Assembly (NCBI GenBank): GCA_043228905.1
Contig: JBHGNT010000309.1
Location: 1-36,333 of the forward strand
DNA: 36,333 nt
From: Azolla caroliniana
Taxonomy: Eukaryota; Plantae; Polypodiophyta
Direction: 5' to 3'
Shown here: positions 23,047 through 34,172 of the stretch, piece after piece
How positions within the stretch are numbered: position 1 is the first letter of the stretch
Layout of the letters: the number at the start of each line of letters is the position of its first letter
Made by a program: the position numbers and the translations under genes
The notes under the pieces: model-generated
Told to the model about the DNA's origin: nothing
Seen by the model: the letters and a program-made list of their open reading frames with translations, nothing else
Databases searched by the model: none

Positions 23047-24406
23047 GATAAAAGCTCGTGAGCACAGCAATAGATAAACCAACATCACGTTTTTCTTAAT
23101 ACGTGATTGTTTTATATGTGAAGAAGAGAACCAATGATTGTTTTGTCCTCACAAGCTTGTACGGGTGTTATGTTGTAGGTTTTTTAAGGGTTACAATTAC
23201 TCATCTCATTTGTAGTTTGTCCGGGGTCTTTGTGTTGAAAACAAAACTTGACCAAAGAGAGATATTACATACTTGTTGGAACTAATTGGATTAATCTTAG
23301 ATGATTATACTAAGACCTTCAACATACTCCAAGTTGTGGATTTTTTATCATGATAAGATTATATGTATTGAAAGGTGGGCATATGGCTTGAGATATGATC
23401 CTAGTTCTCCATTGTTTGAGAAGATGTTCATTTTGTTGAGTTCATCATGTTCCTTACTCAATAGCTTGATGACTCAAGAGTCACATATGTGTCTTTTAAA
23501 ATGCATAAACAAATGTCACTTGTTTTCAAGGAGTTTTTTTGGGGGCACTAATTAGACACTAGAGGATTTCACAATAAGCACTATCAAGAAGAAGAAGACG
23601 AAGAACAGTGGTTGGGCAAAGCATGATGCTGAAATAACCCCATAACATATGCAGGAAGTGATTGTTGCAAGCCCACCTTTTGCTTCTAAATAATATACTT
23701 TACATTCAACTACTTTACACATGTGAGAAGTGACTGTTGCAAGACTACCTTTTGCTTCTAAGTAAACTATGCATTTGAGTAACTATCTAGCACTAACAAT
23801 ACCATGGGACTTCTAACCTTTTTAACTCCTATTAAGGTAGATGTAAAACATGAATTATGAATTCATACACCAATATATACCAAATACCTTCTTTAGTCAA
23901 TGGTTCTCAGGTAAGAATTAATCCATTCAAGAGTATGGTTACGTGCATTTTAAATCTAAGAAAAAGCTCAATTATCAGTGGAAATCTAGCTTATAAAGAA
24001 TATACGGTAGGATATCTACCATATGTTGAAAACGTGTCATAGATGATATACTTCAGTAAAAATCATCTAACATGAAAAGATGATGATATACCATAAAAAC
24101 GTAATTACAAGCCAACATATACAAATATCTTAAAATAGACCAAGCAAACAAAATCAAGAACAAGAATAACTCGACAAACCCAAAGCAAAAAACAACACAA
24201 GGAGCATGAAGTAATTAGAGCCAACTTAAACAGGCGTTCAAAAAGTATCATCACTAAAAGTGTCACGCGGTTAAAAGATCTGGCTTGCATTCCAGAACTA
24301 AAACCAGAATTTCTTCTCCTACGAGTCAGCATCTAATTGTAGAAAATTTAAATTGTGTGCAATCCATCCATCTATTATGCCTCTGTACATTAGCATTTCC
24401 ATTTAC

Positions 24407-25054
24407 CTATGCACTACCACTTACATCACCATTAATATCCAATGGCGATGTAGACTTTGGTTTAACGGCAAACCCTGCAGAGAGCCATCCTTGAGCCTTC
24501 GCCTTATCCACGTACCGTAAAAGCTTCTGCTTTGCATCATGTATGTCCAAGGCAAGATCCTCTAAGCTATCTAAAACTCTGGTGAAACCTTTCAACATCT
24601 CATTTGAAGTGATAAGGCCTTCACGAGAACATTCTTGCAGCAAGTTCAACAAATTCTCATTCTGTTTCTCCATGGCCATAACAAGAGCTTTCTTCACAAC
24701 TTCATGGTGGAAGAATGGCATATCAAGGTCCCGAATACATTGGCAAGCCTCCAACACATCTCCACCAGCTTCATACTCTTCCAAGAGCTTCACGATTTTG
24801 TCTTTTGCATCCTCTACAGCCCAGCCAGAGCCACCTCCCCAGCACCGCAAGATTCGTTCACTAGCATGCAAAGGTGGTGACAAGTAGCTTTTCTCAGCTT
24901 TATGTATGACATTATGACCTTTCGATCCTTCGGGCAAAGTTTGGGTTACTTTATGAATAAATGATGGAGGAAGAATATCATCAACAATAGCTCTAGCCAC
25001 AAATAGAGCAAGTATATCGAGTGCATCTAGTATGTCAATCACCAAGTCATCTGG
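24407..25054 (-). CDS. PDCD4: MA3-domain translation regulator (plant PDCD4-like, MRF/ECIP1 family), 3' fragment; 5' part absent, possibly a pseudogene
   Basis: DDLVIDILDALDILALFVARAIVDDILPP...AEKSYLS...ERILRCWGGGSGWAVEDAKDKIVKLLEEYE...PFFHHEVVKKALVMAME...GLIT..EMLKGF..LEDLALDI..GWL; open to the stop. Likely 3'-UTR intron starting GTAAAT at 24406. Confidence 0.9.
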   Translation of the reverse strand, partial: PDDLVIDILDALDILALFVARAIVDDILPPSFIHKVTQTLPEGSKGHNVIHKAEKSYLSPPLHASERILRCWGGGSGWAVEDAKDKIVKLLEEYEAGGDVLEACQCIRDLDMPFFHHEVVKKALVMAMEKQNENLLNLLQECSREGLITSNEMLKGFTRVLDSLEDLALDIHDAKQKLLRYVDKAKAQGWLSAGFAVKPKSTSPLDINGDVSGSA

Positions 25055-25128
25055 TATTCCCGAATAGACTGAGCAGTTGGAGTAGCCACTAGTTTATATG
25101 GTTCCTGATAATTCAACATTTATTATGA

Positions 25129-26268
25129 TGAGCCGATCTTCAACAGTCGAATTCGTCGGGAGTTCGGGATGTTCAAGCATAGTCGAACAAGGATGGTGGA
25201 GAATGTTTTCAAAAAATGGGGAATATCGCCCTGGGACGCAACAAGTAAAAGCAGATCCTTATCTCGACATTCATATATGGAACTTCAACCAGGAGAGGCC
25301 ACATTTGAAAGTCAGAAGCAAATCCTCTTGGGTCTTGACCATCTACGACTAATGACATTTCATGTTATAGACACACCCAGGGATTCAAGTCTTCTTAACT
25401 CCATTCGGGAGCATATTGCGACTGATGAATTCGCCCAAGACATTCTGAACCATATTATTCTAGATCGTGCTTCTTGTTCACAATCTCATAAATCGTCGTC
25501 AAGACTAGAACCAGTTCAAGTGGCATGATGGATTACTTTTTCAACAAAATCTCTTATATGTGCCTGATGGTCCTTCTCGACTCCAAGACTTGCAACAATG
25601 TCATGACGCACCAATGGCTAGACATTTCGGTATCCACAAGACTTTGATGTTAATTTCTCGAAGATATTGGTGGCCACGACTTCACCATTTTTGTACGGAT
25701 TATGTTCGTATTTGTGATACATGTTGCCTATCCCAAAAAACTTGACATCATCCATATGGCTTATTACAGCGAATGCCTATTCCTGAGAGTCCGTGGAAAT
25801 CTATTTCATTGGACCTTATTACGGATTAGCCCTTAGCCCACTCTTTGTAAGCTTGTTTCATCATAATATAATCTCATTTCCATTTCAACTCTTATCACTC
25901 TCTCTCTCTCTTGCTTCCATGTGACTTAGCTCACATGCATTGCAATGTGAAATAGGGCGCTGGGATACAAGTGATGAGAGTGTTCGGCTATGCGCACTTT
26001 GCCCTAAACAAGTTTGCGAGTCTGAGTATCACACTTTGATACAATGCTCTGGCTTTGATCATATTCGACCATGCTTTACACATCTCTTCGATCGAGCCCA
26101 ATCTTTGCATGAATTCCTCTCACAACCACAATGTGCACTCTCGATTGCAACATTCATTGGTAAAGTTCTTGAACATCGAGAGTCACTACTCACTTTCACA
26201 CATATCACGTGAAATGTAATATTTTTGGTCTCATAGGTCATATTTGACCTCCGAAGACGATAATATAA

Positions 26269-26305
<37 letters not shown>

Positions 26306-26321
26306 CTCACGAGTCACGATA
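25129..26321 (+). mobile_element. Rearranged chromovirus copy 2 (5'-truncated), interrupted by a LINE fragment
   Basis: Closely similar to ~20080-20910, including both rearrangement junctions (~25225 and 25826). Confidence 0.88.
25911..26272 (+). mobile_element. 5'-truncated non-LTR retrotransposon 3' end (C-terminal CCHC; RTEX-like) inserted in (TC)n
   Basis: LSSHALQCEIGRW...RLCALCPKQVCESEYHTLIQC...IR matches the LINE ORF2 C-terminal SSHxLxxExGR..RxCxxC..ExExH..C pattern. Short 3' UTR with hairpin AGGTCA-TATT-TGACCT; (TC)n on both sides; absent from copy 1 of the host. Confidence 0.8.
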
Positions 26322-26821
26322 GTCCTCCAATTGTCGACATTCTTTTCACTTAAGAATAACTACTCCTTTATGCGTTTTTGGTTTGCTTATTATCAAGCTT
26401 AGATAGATAATATCTCCAACATTTTAGTGTGCACAATACTCAAATCGATTCATAAAAACTAGAAACAATTTTCTTGACTACTTATGGTGGTTGACTCAAA
26501 ATCAAATGTTTGCTTCCCATAGCTTGGAATCCTACATTTGTAGACTTTCTTTTAGAATATTTGATGTTGCCGTCGTTGATTTATATCGAGCCATTGTGTG
26601 GCAAACCAATACATTATCAAAATTTAGTGAGGTGACATCTATCATGAATATTTGACCGCTTAAGCCAAATGTGTCAATATTAGCCCGACTCCATATTTTG
26701 AAAATTTCCTAATATAACCGAATATTTTTGCCTTAGCATAACGCCAACTAAGATAATCATTACACGGATTGCCCAAAATATTAATAGTTGTACTATTTCA
26801 TGGTAGAAGCGAACCAAATAT

Positions 26822-26902
26822 GGCAAATTGGCTGAGTGGTTAAGGCGTTTGATTTGAAATCAAATGGGTTCGCCCTCGTAGGTTAGAATCCTGAAGTTGT
26901 TG
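26822..26902 (+). tRNA. trnS-UGA: tRNA-Ser(UGA), degenerate copy
   Basis: 81 nt; TTTGA-TTTGAAA-TCAAA anticodon arm, GGG-TTCG-CCC variable arm, mutated T-loop (GGTTAGAATCC). Confidence 0.7.
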
Positions 26903-27153
26903 AGATTCTTTAACTATGTTTTGGAAACTATTTACAAACATTGCGCTTCTGTGCTTTAAACATTAAATATCCCAATAGGAATCAAATGTATGTGCACTAA
27001 AATACTTGTGAACACTTAAATCGTATCGCTACCCAAAGAATAAAGACTCATTATTTTCCAATTTCCTACCTTATTAGCATGGTTACATAGAAAATATTTT
27101 CAACATTTAATCACAACCAATACTAAAATATATTATCGTAGATGGCTACATAG

Positions 27154-27225
27154 GATAATTAGGCCGAGTTGTGAAGGCATTTGAGTAGATATGAAATGGG
27201 TTCCCACTCGTAGGTTTGAGCTTGA
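27154..27225 (+). pseudogene. Highly degenerate tRNA-Ser copy
   Basis: Aligns to neighbouring copies (GGCCGAGTTGTGAAGGC...GGGTTCCCACTCGTAGGTTTGA); anticodon arm disrupted, 3' end lost. Confidence 0.65.
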
Positions 27226-27477
27226 CATAAGCTATAAAATAAATATCCCATCTTAGGAAGAAGTGGTCAACATATAGAGTAAACTAAATTTTATAAAACA
27301 CATTTGTGAACATCGGTTTCCCTATCTATCTTAAAAACAGCCTAACCTAATGAAACGTAATTGCAATAAGCTAGTAGTGAGCACATAAATAGTAGCATTA
27401 CGTTAAGAATAACTACTCTCTCTAGCGTTTTTCTTTCGCTTATTTTCAAGCATAGATAAGAGATGCCAACTAAATAC

Positions 27478-27558
27478 GGCAATTTGGCCGATTGGTTAAG
27501 GTGTTTGACTTGAAAGCAAATGGGTTCGCCCTTGCAGGTTCCAATCTTGCAGTTCTCG
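27478..27558 (+). tRNA. trnS-UGA: tRNA-Ser(UGA), degenerate copy
   Basis: 81 nt; anticodon loop CTTGAAA, long variable arm, T-arm GCAGG-TTCCAAT-CTTGC, G discriminator. Confidence 0.7.
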
Positions 27559-27858
27559 ACATTCTTCCGCTTAGGTGTTGAAATTGTTCACTAACGTTGA
27601 GCTTCTGTTCCTTAAACAGTAAATATCCCATCTTAGTAACGAATCCCACATAGAGGAAACATGACTTTTAATGTCCCATGGGTTAATATTAGGTTCCCAA
27701 GGGATTGGAGAAACGGGCTATATCGTATCGCTACCCAAAAAATAAAGACTTATAATTGTCCTGTTTTCTGCTTTATTAGCATGCTTAGATAGATAATATT
27801 TGCAACATTTACTTATAAATAATACTAAAATATGTAACTATCATTAATTGCAAAATAG

Positions 27859-27939
27859 GACAACTTGGCCGAGTGGTTACGGCGTTTGACTTGAAATCAA
27901 ATTGGTTCGCCCTCGTAGGTTCGAATCCTACAATTGTCG
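27859..27939 (+). tRNA. trnS-UGA: tRNA-Ser(UGA), best-preserved copy
   Basis: GACAACT/AATTGTC acceptor (1 mismatch), GCC/GGC D-stem, perfect TTTGA/TCAAA stem with anticodon TGA, GTAGG-TTCGAAT-CCTAC T-arm, G73, TTCTTTT downstream. Confidence 0.85.
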
Positions 27940-28401
27940 ACATTCTTTTCCCTTAAGAATAACTACTCCTTCATGCGTTTTTGGTTTTCTTATTATCAAA
28001 CTTAGATAAATAATATCTCCAACATTTTAGTGCGGACAATACTCAAATCGATTCATCAAAACTAGAAACCATTTTCCCGACTGCTTATGGTGGTTGACTC
28101 AAAATCAAATGTTTGCTTCTTGGAGCTTGGAATCCTCTATTTTTAGAATTTCTTTTAGAATCTTTGATGTTGCCGTCGTTGATTTACATCAAGTCATTGT
28201 GTGGCGAACCAATACATATCACAATTCAGAGAGGCGAAATCTATCATGAATATTTGACCGCTTAAGTCAAATGTGTCAATATTAGCTCGACTCCAGATAA
28301 CCGAATATTTTTGCATTAACATAATGCCAACTAGGAAAATCATTAGACGGGTTGACCAAAATATTAATACTTGTACTATCTCATAGAAGCCAACAAAATA
28401 T

Positions 28402-28446
28402 GCCAATTAGGCCAAGTGGATTAGGTGTTTGACTTGAAATCAAATG
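28402..28446 (+). pseudogene. 5' half of tRNA-Ser, cut by the gypsy remnant
   Basis: GCCAATTAGGCCAAGTGG...TTTGACTTGAAATCAAATG, followed by unrelated sequence. Confidence 0.75.
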
Positions 28447-31400
28447 TGGGACCACAAAGATGATTTCTCGCTCTTCAAATACCTCGGCGATACGCATGAA
28501 GCACGCTCACCACAAAAGCATTGTGTCCTTTCCCTGCCCACCGTAGCACCCAACATGGCCTTTGCTTATCCCTGCTTCAACGGCGAAACCGACGCCGCAA
28601 CCCACATCTGACTGTTCCTCAATGTCTAGAATGCAAACCACATGGCGGAGAGCCTTTCCGAAGCAGTGGCGCACTAGTCCAAAATGACGGAGTTCGGATT
28701 AACCTTTGATGGGAGAGCGGCGTTTTGGCATTCACAGATGGATTTGCCAGCAATCACGACCTTCGACGAGTTGTAGTCAGCCTTTCTACGGTTTTTTCAT
28801 TGGAGTGTGACGCAACGCGAAATCCTCGGGCAGTTTTACACAATTAAATAGTTGCCAATCGAGATGGTAGCGGATTTCAGTTTACGCTTCCAAAATCTAC
28901 GGCGGAAATTAGAACGGGGCCCAAGGGAGGACGAGGCGAGGGAGACATTTTTGGCAGCATTACGCCGACCCATACGGACAACACTCAACAACAATAGTGT
29001 GAAAGGGGAAACAACCAATATGGTCATAGAAAGAGCGCTACAGCTCGAGCTCGACGAAGAAGAGGAAAGGTTTTCCATGTCCTCATTGCGACAAGCATTA
29101 GCTCAAGACGAGGAACGACATTTTCGCCAAGCGATCCAGTGCACGATTTGCTAGAATTAAGGGCATTCCGCCGTTGAATGCAACATGCGAATCCACTGTC
29201 CAATCTGTCACTCGAAAGCTCACACAGTGGAGCAGTGCGAGTACAATATGTAGAACAGAGCCACGCCCACAGTACGCGATGGCATGGTATATGGATCGAA
29301 ACCCACGCGATGACCGACACTACTGGAATCACCGAAATCACAACGATTCCGAGGAAGACGAGCCGGAGGATGAAGACTACCGTGGCAACCCTAGAAATAC
29401 TAAAGAGGGCCAACGCTATGAGAATTACCGTCTGGCACCAGGAACCACGCCGACACCAACATCAACCATAGCGTACACTTCGACGCACGAATAAGGACCG
29501 GGAGGAGTAAGTCACACCTGGGGATCGGCACACACCACTAGGGGCCGAGAAGGGCGAATCTATGATCCATTGTTTTGTTCGTCAATAGCCTGGACATTAT
29601 GCCACACAATGCCCAGTACGTAAGGGCAAGGGGCCCGCCGTCAATACGATTACGGCATAAGTACAACAAGTCACAACACGTCAGCAAACAAAAAATTTTG
29701 ATTGGGCCGCGCAAGATGAGATACGGCGGACAACCCAAGAATGGGTTGAAAAAGAAAACGCGGCAAATACGGACCGCATGCGGAAGGAGTCTGCAAACAC
29801 GATGGAGCTATTGAAGGAAGAGGGACCATCTCCAGACCCCATATGGCAAGCACTAACAAGCTCCGAGATAACGTTAACCATTGACAAGTTGCTGCAACTA
29901 GTCCCACAATTCCGCCAGGCCGTGGAAGAGCAGATGACGAGCAGACCTGGGTCGTTGCCGCGAATTTTACGGACTTTAGCGATGGACCGACATTGCTGGA
30001 TCAACACAACCCGGCTATTAAGTTGATACTACACAATCAGGAAATGCTAGGATGCGTAATCGATGGCGGCTCGGGCATTAATGTAATTAGCGTGAAGACA
30101 TGCGAACAATTGGGAATTTCAGAATGGGAAGCTTGCCAGTTTTGGCTTTGCATGGCGGATACTTGTCAGTACGACCATTGGGGTTGATACGCAAGGTAGG
30201 CATTATCATGGGAGGAGATCACTTCGACATCTTGGTAGTAGTCCTCGCCCTTGACGCCCCAGGGGCGTATGTGATGTTGTTGGGCAGACTGTAGCTTTAT
30301 TCTACGAAAATCAAGCAGAGCTAGCAACACAAGTGTATCAGCTTTCGACGCGGACGCACCAAGGTCCGTATACGAATAGAGGAAATGGAGACACAACCCA
30401 AGGGCATAACACCATTGTACGTACAGGATATAAATATGTTGGCTGGGGTGGACTAAGCAGAGCACGGGCAGCGTTTGAAAGGTAAATGGAAATTTCACGA
30501 CGAGTCACCGTCTCCGCCTTGGAAGAAGTAAACGTGGGTACGGCGTCAGAACCCCATTTCCTCTCCATCACAAAAGAATTAATGCCGGATCAGAGAGACG
30601 CGATGATGGCACTACTCAGGAAGTATAAAGATGTGTTCGCCTGGTTCAGAAGGACATGAAGGGGTTAGATCGGAAGTTCTATGAGCAGAAGATCAATTTA
30701 GCAACCGACGCGAAACCGGTCCACCAACGTCGATACCGCATGAACCCAAACTACGCGGCCCGCGTAAAAGAAGAAATTGACAAACTCCTCAAGGCTGGAT
30801 TCATACGACCAGTTAAACAAGACACATGGTTAAGCCCGACAGTAGTCGTACCAAAGAAAAATGGGAAAATACGGGTATGCGTGGACTACCGGAAATTAAA
30901 CGCCGTAACCATTACAGACGCATTCCCTTTAGCTTTCACCGATAGCGTACTGTACGCGGGGCATGACATGTATTGTTTTTTAGATGGCTTCAGTGGGTAC
31001 AACCAAGTACGCATGCACCCCGACGACCAAGAGAAGAAGGCGTTTGTCACGGATTAGGGAGTCTATGTTGTAGTCGTCATGATGTTCGGGCTAAAGACGG
31101 TGCCGGCGACATTTCAACGGACAATCATAGAGAATTTTGGGCAATATATTCCAGTATTCGTGCAAGTTTTTTTAGACGATTTTGCGGTATATGGGACAAC
31201 AACCGACCATTTTACGCATCTACAATTGTGCCTGGAGCGTTTCCGAACCGCACGCTTAAGCCTGATTCTCGCCAAATGTGCCTTCGGTGTTACCAACAAG
31301 GAAGGGATAGCGGTCACTCCAAATAATATCTCCGTGATTACTCACGCGAAAAGGCCAACAAACGTGAAATCACTCAGCCGGTTTTTAGGACAAATACGAT

Positions 31401-31566
31401 GGCACAGTTGGATGATACGCTATTTGGCGGACTTCGCCACGCCGTTACATGCCACAATTCATTGGACTCCCTTCCAATGGACAGCTACGGAAGAGAAGGC
31501 ATATGATGCGCTAAAGGTAATGCTAACAAAGGCACCCGTCGTACAGCCACCAGTTTGGGCGAAGCA
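28447..31566 (+). mobile_element. Decayed Ty3/gypsy gag-protease-RT (non-chromovirus), no LTR evident
   Basis: CCHC knuckles (CTIC..GHSAVEC, CPICHSKAHTVEQC), protease IDGGSGINV, RT motifs YRMNP..., VVVPKKNGKIRVCVDYRKLN, LDGFSGYNQV, MMFGLK and VFLDDF; many stops. Confidence 0.92.
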
Positions 31567-31600
31567 CCAAAATATGTAACTATGATAGAGAGCAAAATAG

Positions 31601-31635
31601 GACAACTTGGCTGAGTGGTTAACGCGTTTGACTTG
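31601..31635 (+). pseudogene. 5' half of tRNA-Ser, cut in the anticodon loop
   Basis: GACAACTTGGCTGAGTGGTTAACGCGTTTGACTTG preceded by the same upstream flank as the 27859 copy. Confidence 0.8.
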
Positions 31636-31637
31636 GC

Positions 31638-31924
31638 CGTTGGGAAGATATTCCTCGTAAGGGATAATTTTGAGAATTAGTGTAGTAGGCTCATTTATGA
31701 GCGGTAAAGTACTGTCAGTACTTGTGTCAGCCCGATTGTCAGGGCTTGTATAAAAGGTGATAACTGAGCACAGTCTATGTACAGATTGAGTATTATTTTA
31801 AATTGAGTTTCTTTGTGTTCTCTCTCTCTGTCACTCCCGCATATTGTGTAAATTCAAGCTCTCCATTAAACCTGCGTATTTTCTGTGTTCAGTTTTCTAT
31901 TGCTTCCGCACGCTATGCTTTTCA
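31638..31924 (+). mobile_element. Probable solo LTR (~287 bp)
   Basis: (C)GTTGGGAAG start, TATAAAA box, typical U5 end CTTCCGC...TTTTCA; unrelated flanks and no TSD. Confidence 0.55.
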
Positions 31925-33011
31925 GGAAACAAGGTTACAAAGAGTAGGCAAAGGGCTAAAGATTGGTGTTGAACCGAATGAGTTGTGATGAATGAATAGA
32001 CACCTATTTATAGGTGCTTATGGAGTATTCTAAAATGTTCTCAAATATTCTAGATATTTATGATATTTAATATAATCATGGAATATCCTAGAATGTTCTA
32101 GAATATTCTAGAATACTCTATATATCTTCAAATAACTAATAACATATTTATTATAAATATATATCATATATGATAATATAATGTTTAAAGGTCTAACATA
32201 TAGACCAAGACGTCTTGGGCTTGAATCCTTGTAAGGCCAAAATGTATGTCTTCATGACATTATCCTCCCTTTTCGACAACGAGTTCCACTAGTCAGAAGA
32301 CAAGATTTCTAGACTTTGCTTATGGGGATATTTGTTGTGAAACACAGCAACCATTTCGGAATCATTAGCAAGATTCTGGAAAGGTTCCCATGTTCGATCA
32401 TTAGGTGTATAACCTAACTAGTCAACCAAATAATACAATTTGTTGCGAACTATCTTGGAAGCCATTCGAAACATCGATTGGAGGTGGGGGAGATGTAAGA
32501 CGACCTGGAATAGAGTTGGTTTTGTAGGGCTCCAAAAGTGAAACATGGAAGACCGGGTGAAGATCCATATGAGGGGGGAGATCAAGGCAAAATGCCATAT
32601 TAGTAATCTTACCAGATATCACATATAGGCCAAAATGTTGATAATCCAATTTGTAGCAAGGTCAGGTTGTTTTAATGTGACCTTGTAAAACCCATACTCG
32701 ATCTCCCACTTCAAACGTAGTCGATGAATCACGTCGATGACGGTCGGCAACCTTCTTTTGAGTGTTTTAAGCATCACATGAATCACTTCTTGTAGTCGGC
32801 TGAGCCGATCTTCCACAATCGGGTTCATCGAGATTCGGGATGTTCAAGGATAGTCGAACGAGGATGGTACCCTACGTTTGCAAAAAATGGGGAATATCGC
32901 TCGGGGACCCAACAAGGAAAAGCAAATGCTTTATCTCGGCGTTCATATATGGAACTTCAACCAGGAGAGGCACATGAAAGTCAGAAGAAAATCCTCTTTG
33001 GTCTTGACCGT
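31925..33011 (-). mobile_element. Rearranged chromovirus copy 3 (LTR to 32259, chromodomain/GPY, same strand-switch junction), truncated by the next LTR
   Basis: Colinear with ~19175-20292; junction GGGGAATATCGC at ~32889-32900. Confidence 0.88.
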
Positions 33012-34100
33012 TGTCGTGAAGATCCGTCACTACGCGCGGATCGTGAGGCGGAACCGTCGGGGTTCTAGACCGGAAGGATTCAAAGTCGAGACAAGCTTTG
33101 GCGAGAAAGTACTTAAGATAGATTGGGAAAGAGAGAAGTTGAGATTAAACGATTGAGAGATATTGATTGAACTTTTAACTTTAGATTTAAGAAACAAGTT
33201 ACACCATCAATTTGATAACGAATTTCTTCTTCTTAATTTCATAATAATAAAAAACCCCCCCATCTTTTTTCTCCTCCCCCTTCCCTCTTTTATAGATGCT
33301 CTCATGCATATGATGCATGTGAGGGTACAAGACATGCATAAATTGCATGTTTGCCATTTGGCGCTTATGTATTACATGTGGTGCATGATAACCATGTCAC
33401 TCATTTTAGTTCTCATGTATGAGAATTTACATGTAAAAGTACAATGATAGAAATATAATTTCAACTAAATAGCATGGCTTAATGGTAAGCCAATTCACTC
33501 CTAACTTGGAGGTGCAAGGTTTGAATCCTTACTTGCCCTCCTTGTATATGTAAATATGTATATATATTTATATATTTATTTATCTAGTCGCCGGTTCGCC
33601 GGATACCGTCGCCGGATGCCGTCGGTTATCGGTGCGTCGCCGGATACCAGTGCCGTCGCCGGATACCGGTGTGTCGTCGTATACCGTCGGTTACCGGTGC
33701 CGCCGTCGGGGTCCGGTTTTGGTTGGCCAAAACCCTTTACGAGTAGCTAGCCCACCTCCACTCTTAGTTCAAGTTACCTTGAACTCTCTATGCTCCACAC
33801 ATAGACACAAAGATAATATCTTTTGCTCCACCTTATATATGATGAGAGTTGTATTTGTCGTGCCTATGTGGGATATCTCACAATTTTCTCCTTTCCTTTT
33901 ACAAACTTTATACCCTCATATCTTGACATTTAGTTGTCCGTTTCTCGTGTAATAAAGTGCATTCGAAACCTCCATCATTTTGTACTTAGATATTAAATCT
34001 ATTTAAAATGTTATCTTCACAATTATTGTACTATGTGATTCATACTCGATTTCGTACGTTTTATGGGATTTTCACACTATTGCCGAAAATCTTCACGACA
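33012..34100 (-). mobile_element. Gypsy 3' LTR (1089 bp)
   Basis: Perfect 12-bp terminal inverted repeat TGTCGTGAAGAT...ATCTTCACGACA; PPT GGTGGGGGTGGA (minus strand, 34101-34112) after the integrase stop. Confidence 0.9.
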
Positions 34101-34172
34101 TCCACCCCCACCAAACCGCACGTCCTCTGGTACGTGCCAAGAAGAGGAGAAGTGAGATTTCGGCTACGATGA

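Larger units (their letters stand above)
26322..28446 (+). repeat. Tandem tRNA-Ser array with ~1.6-kb higher-order repeat (4 tRNA copies per unit)
   Basis: CAATTGTCGACATTCTTTTC at 26328 and 27931 (1603 bp apart), followed by colinear spacer sequence. Array sequence resumes at ~31567. Confidence 0.85.

Noticed and set aside
23050-24400. Short ORFs downstream of the MA3 gene
   Set aside because: AT-rich 3' UTR or intergenic sequence with a small duplication and no recognisable motifs.
27885-27901. Opal suppressor or selenocysteine tRNA because of TGA
   Set aside because: TGA is the anticodon (reads UCA, Ser). A suppressor or tRNA-Sec needs anticodon TCA.
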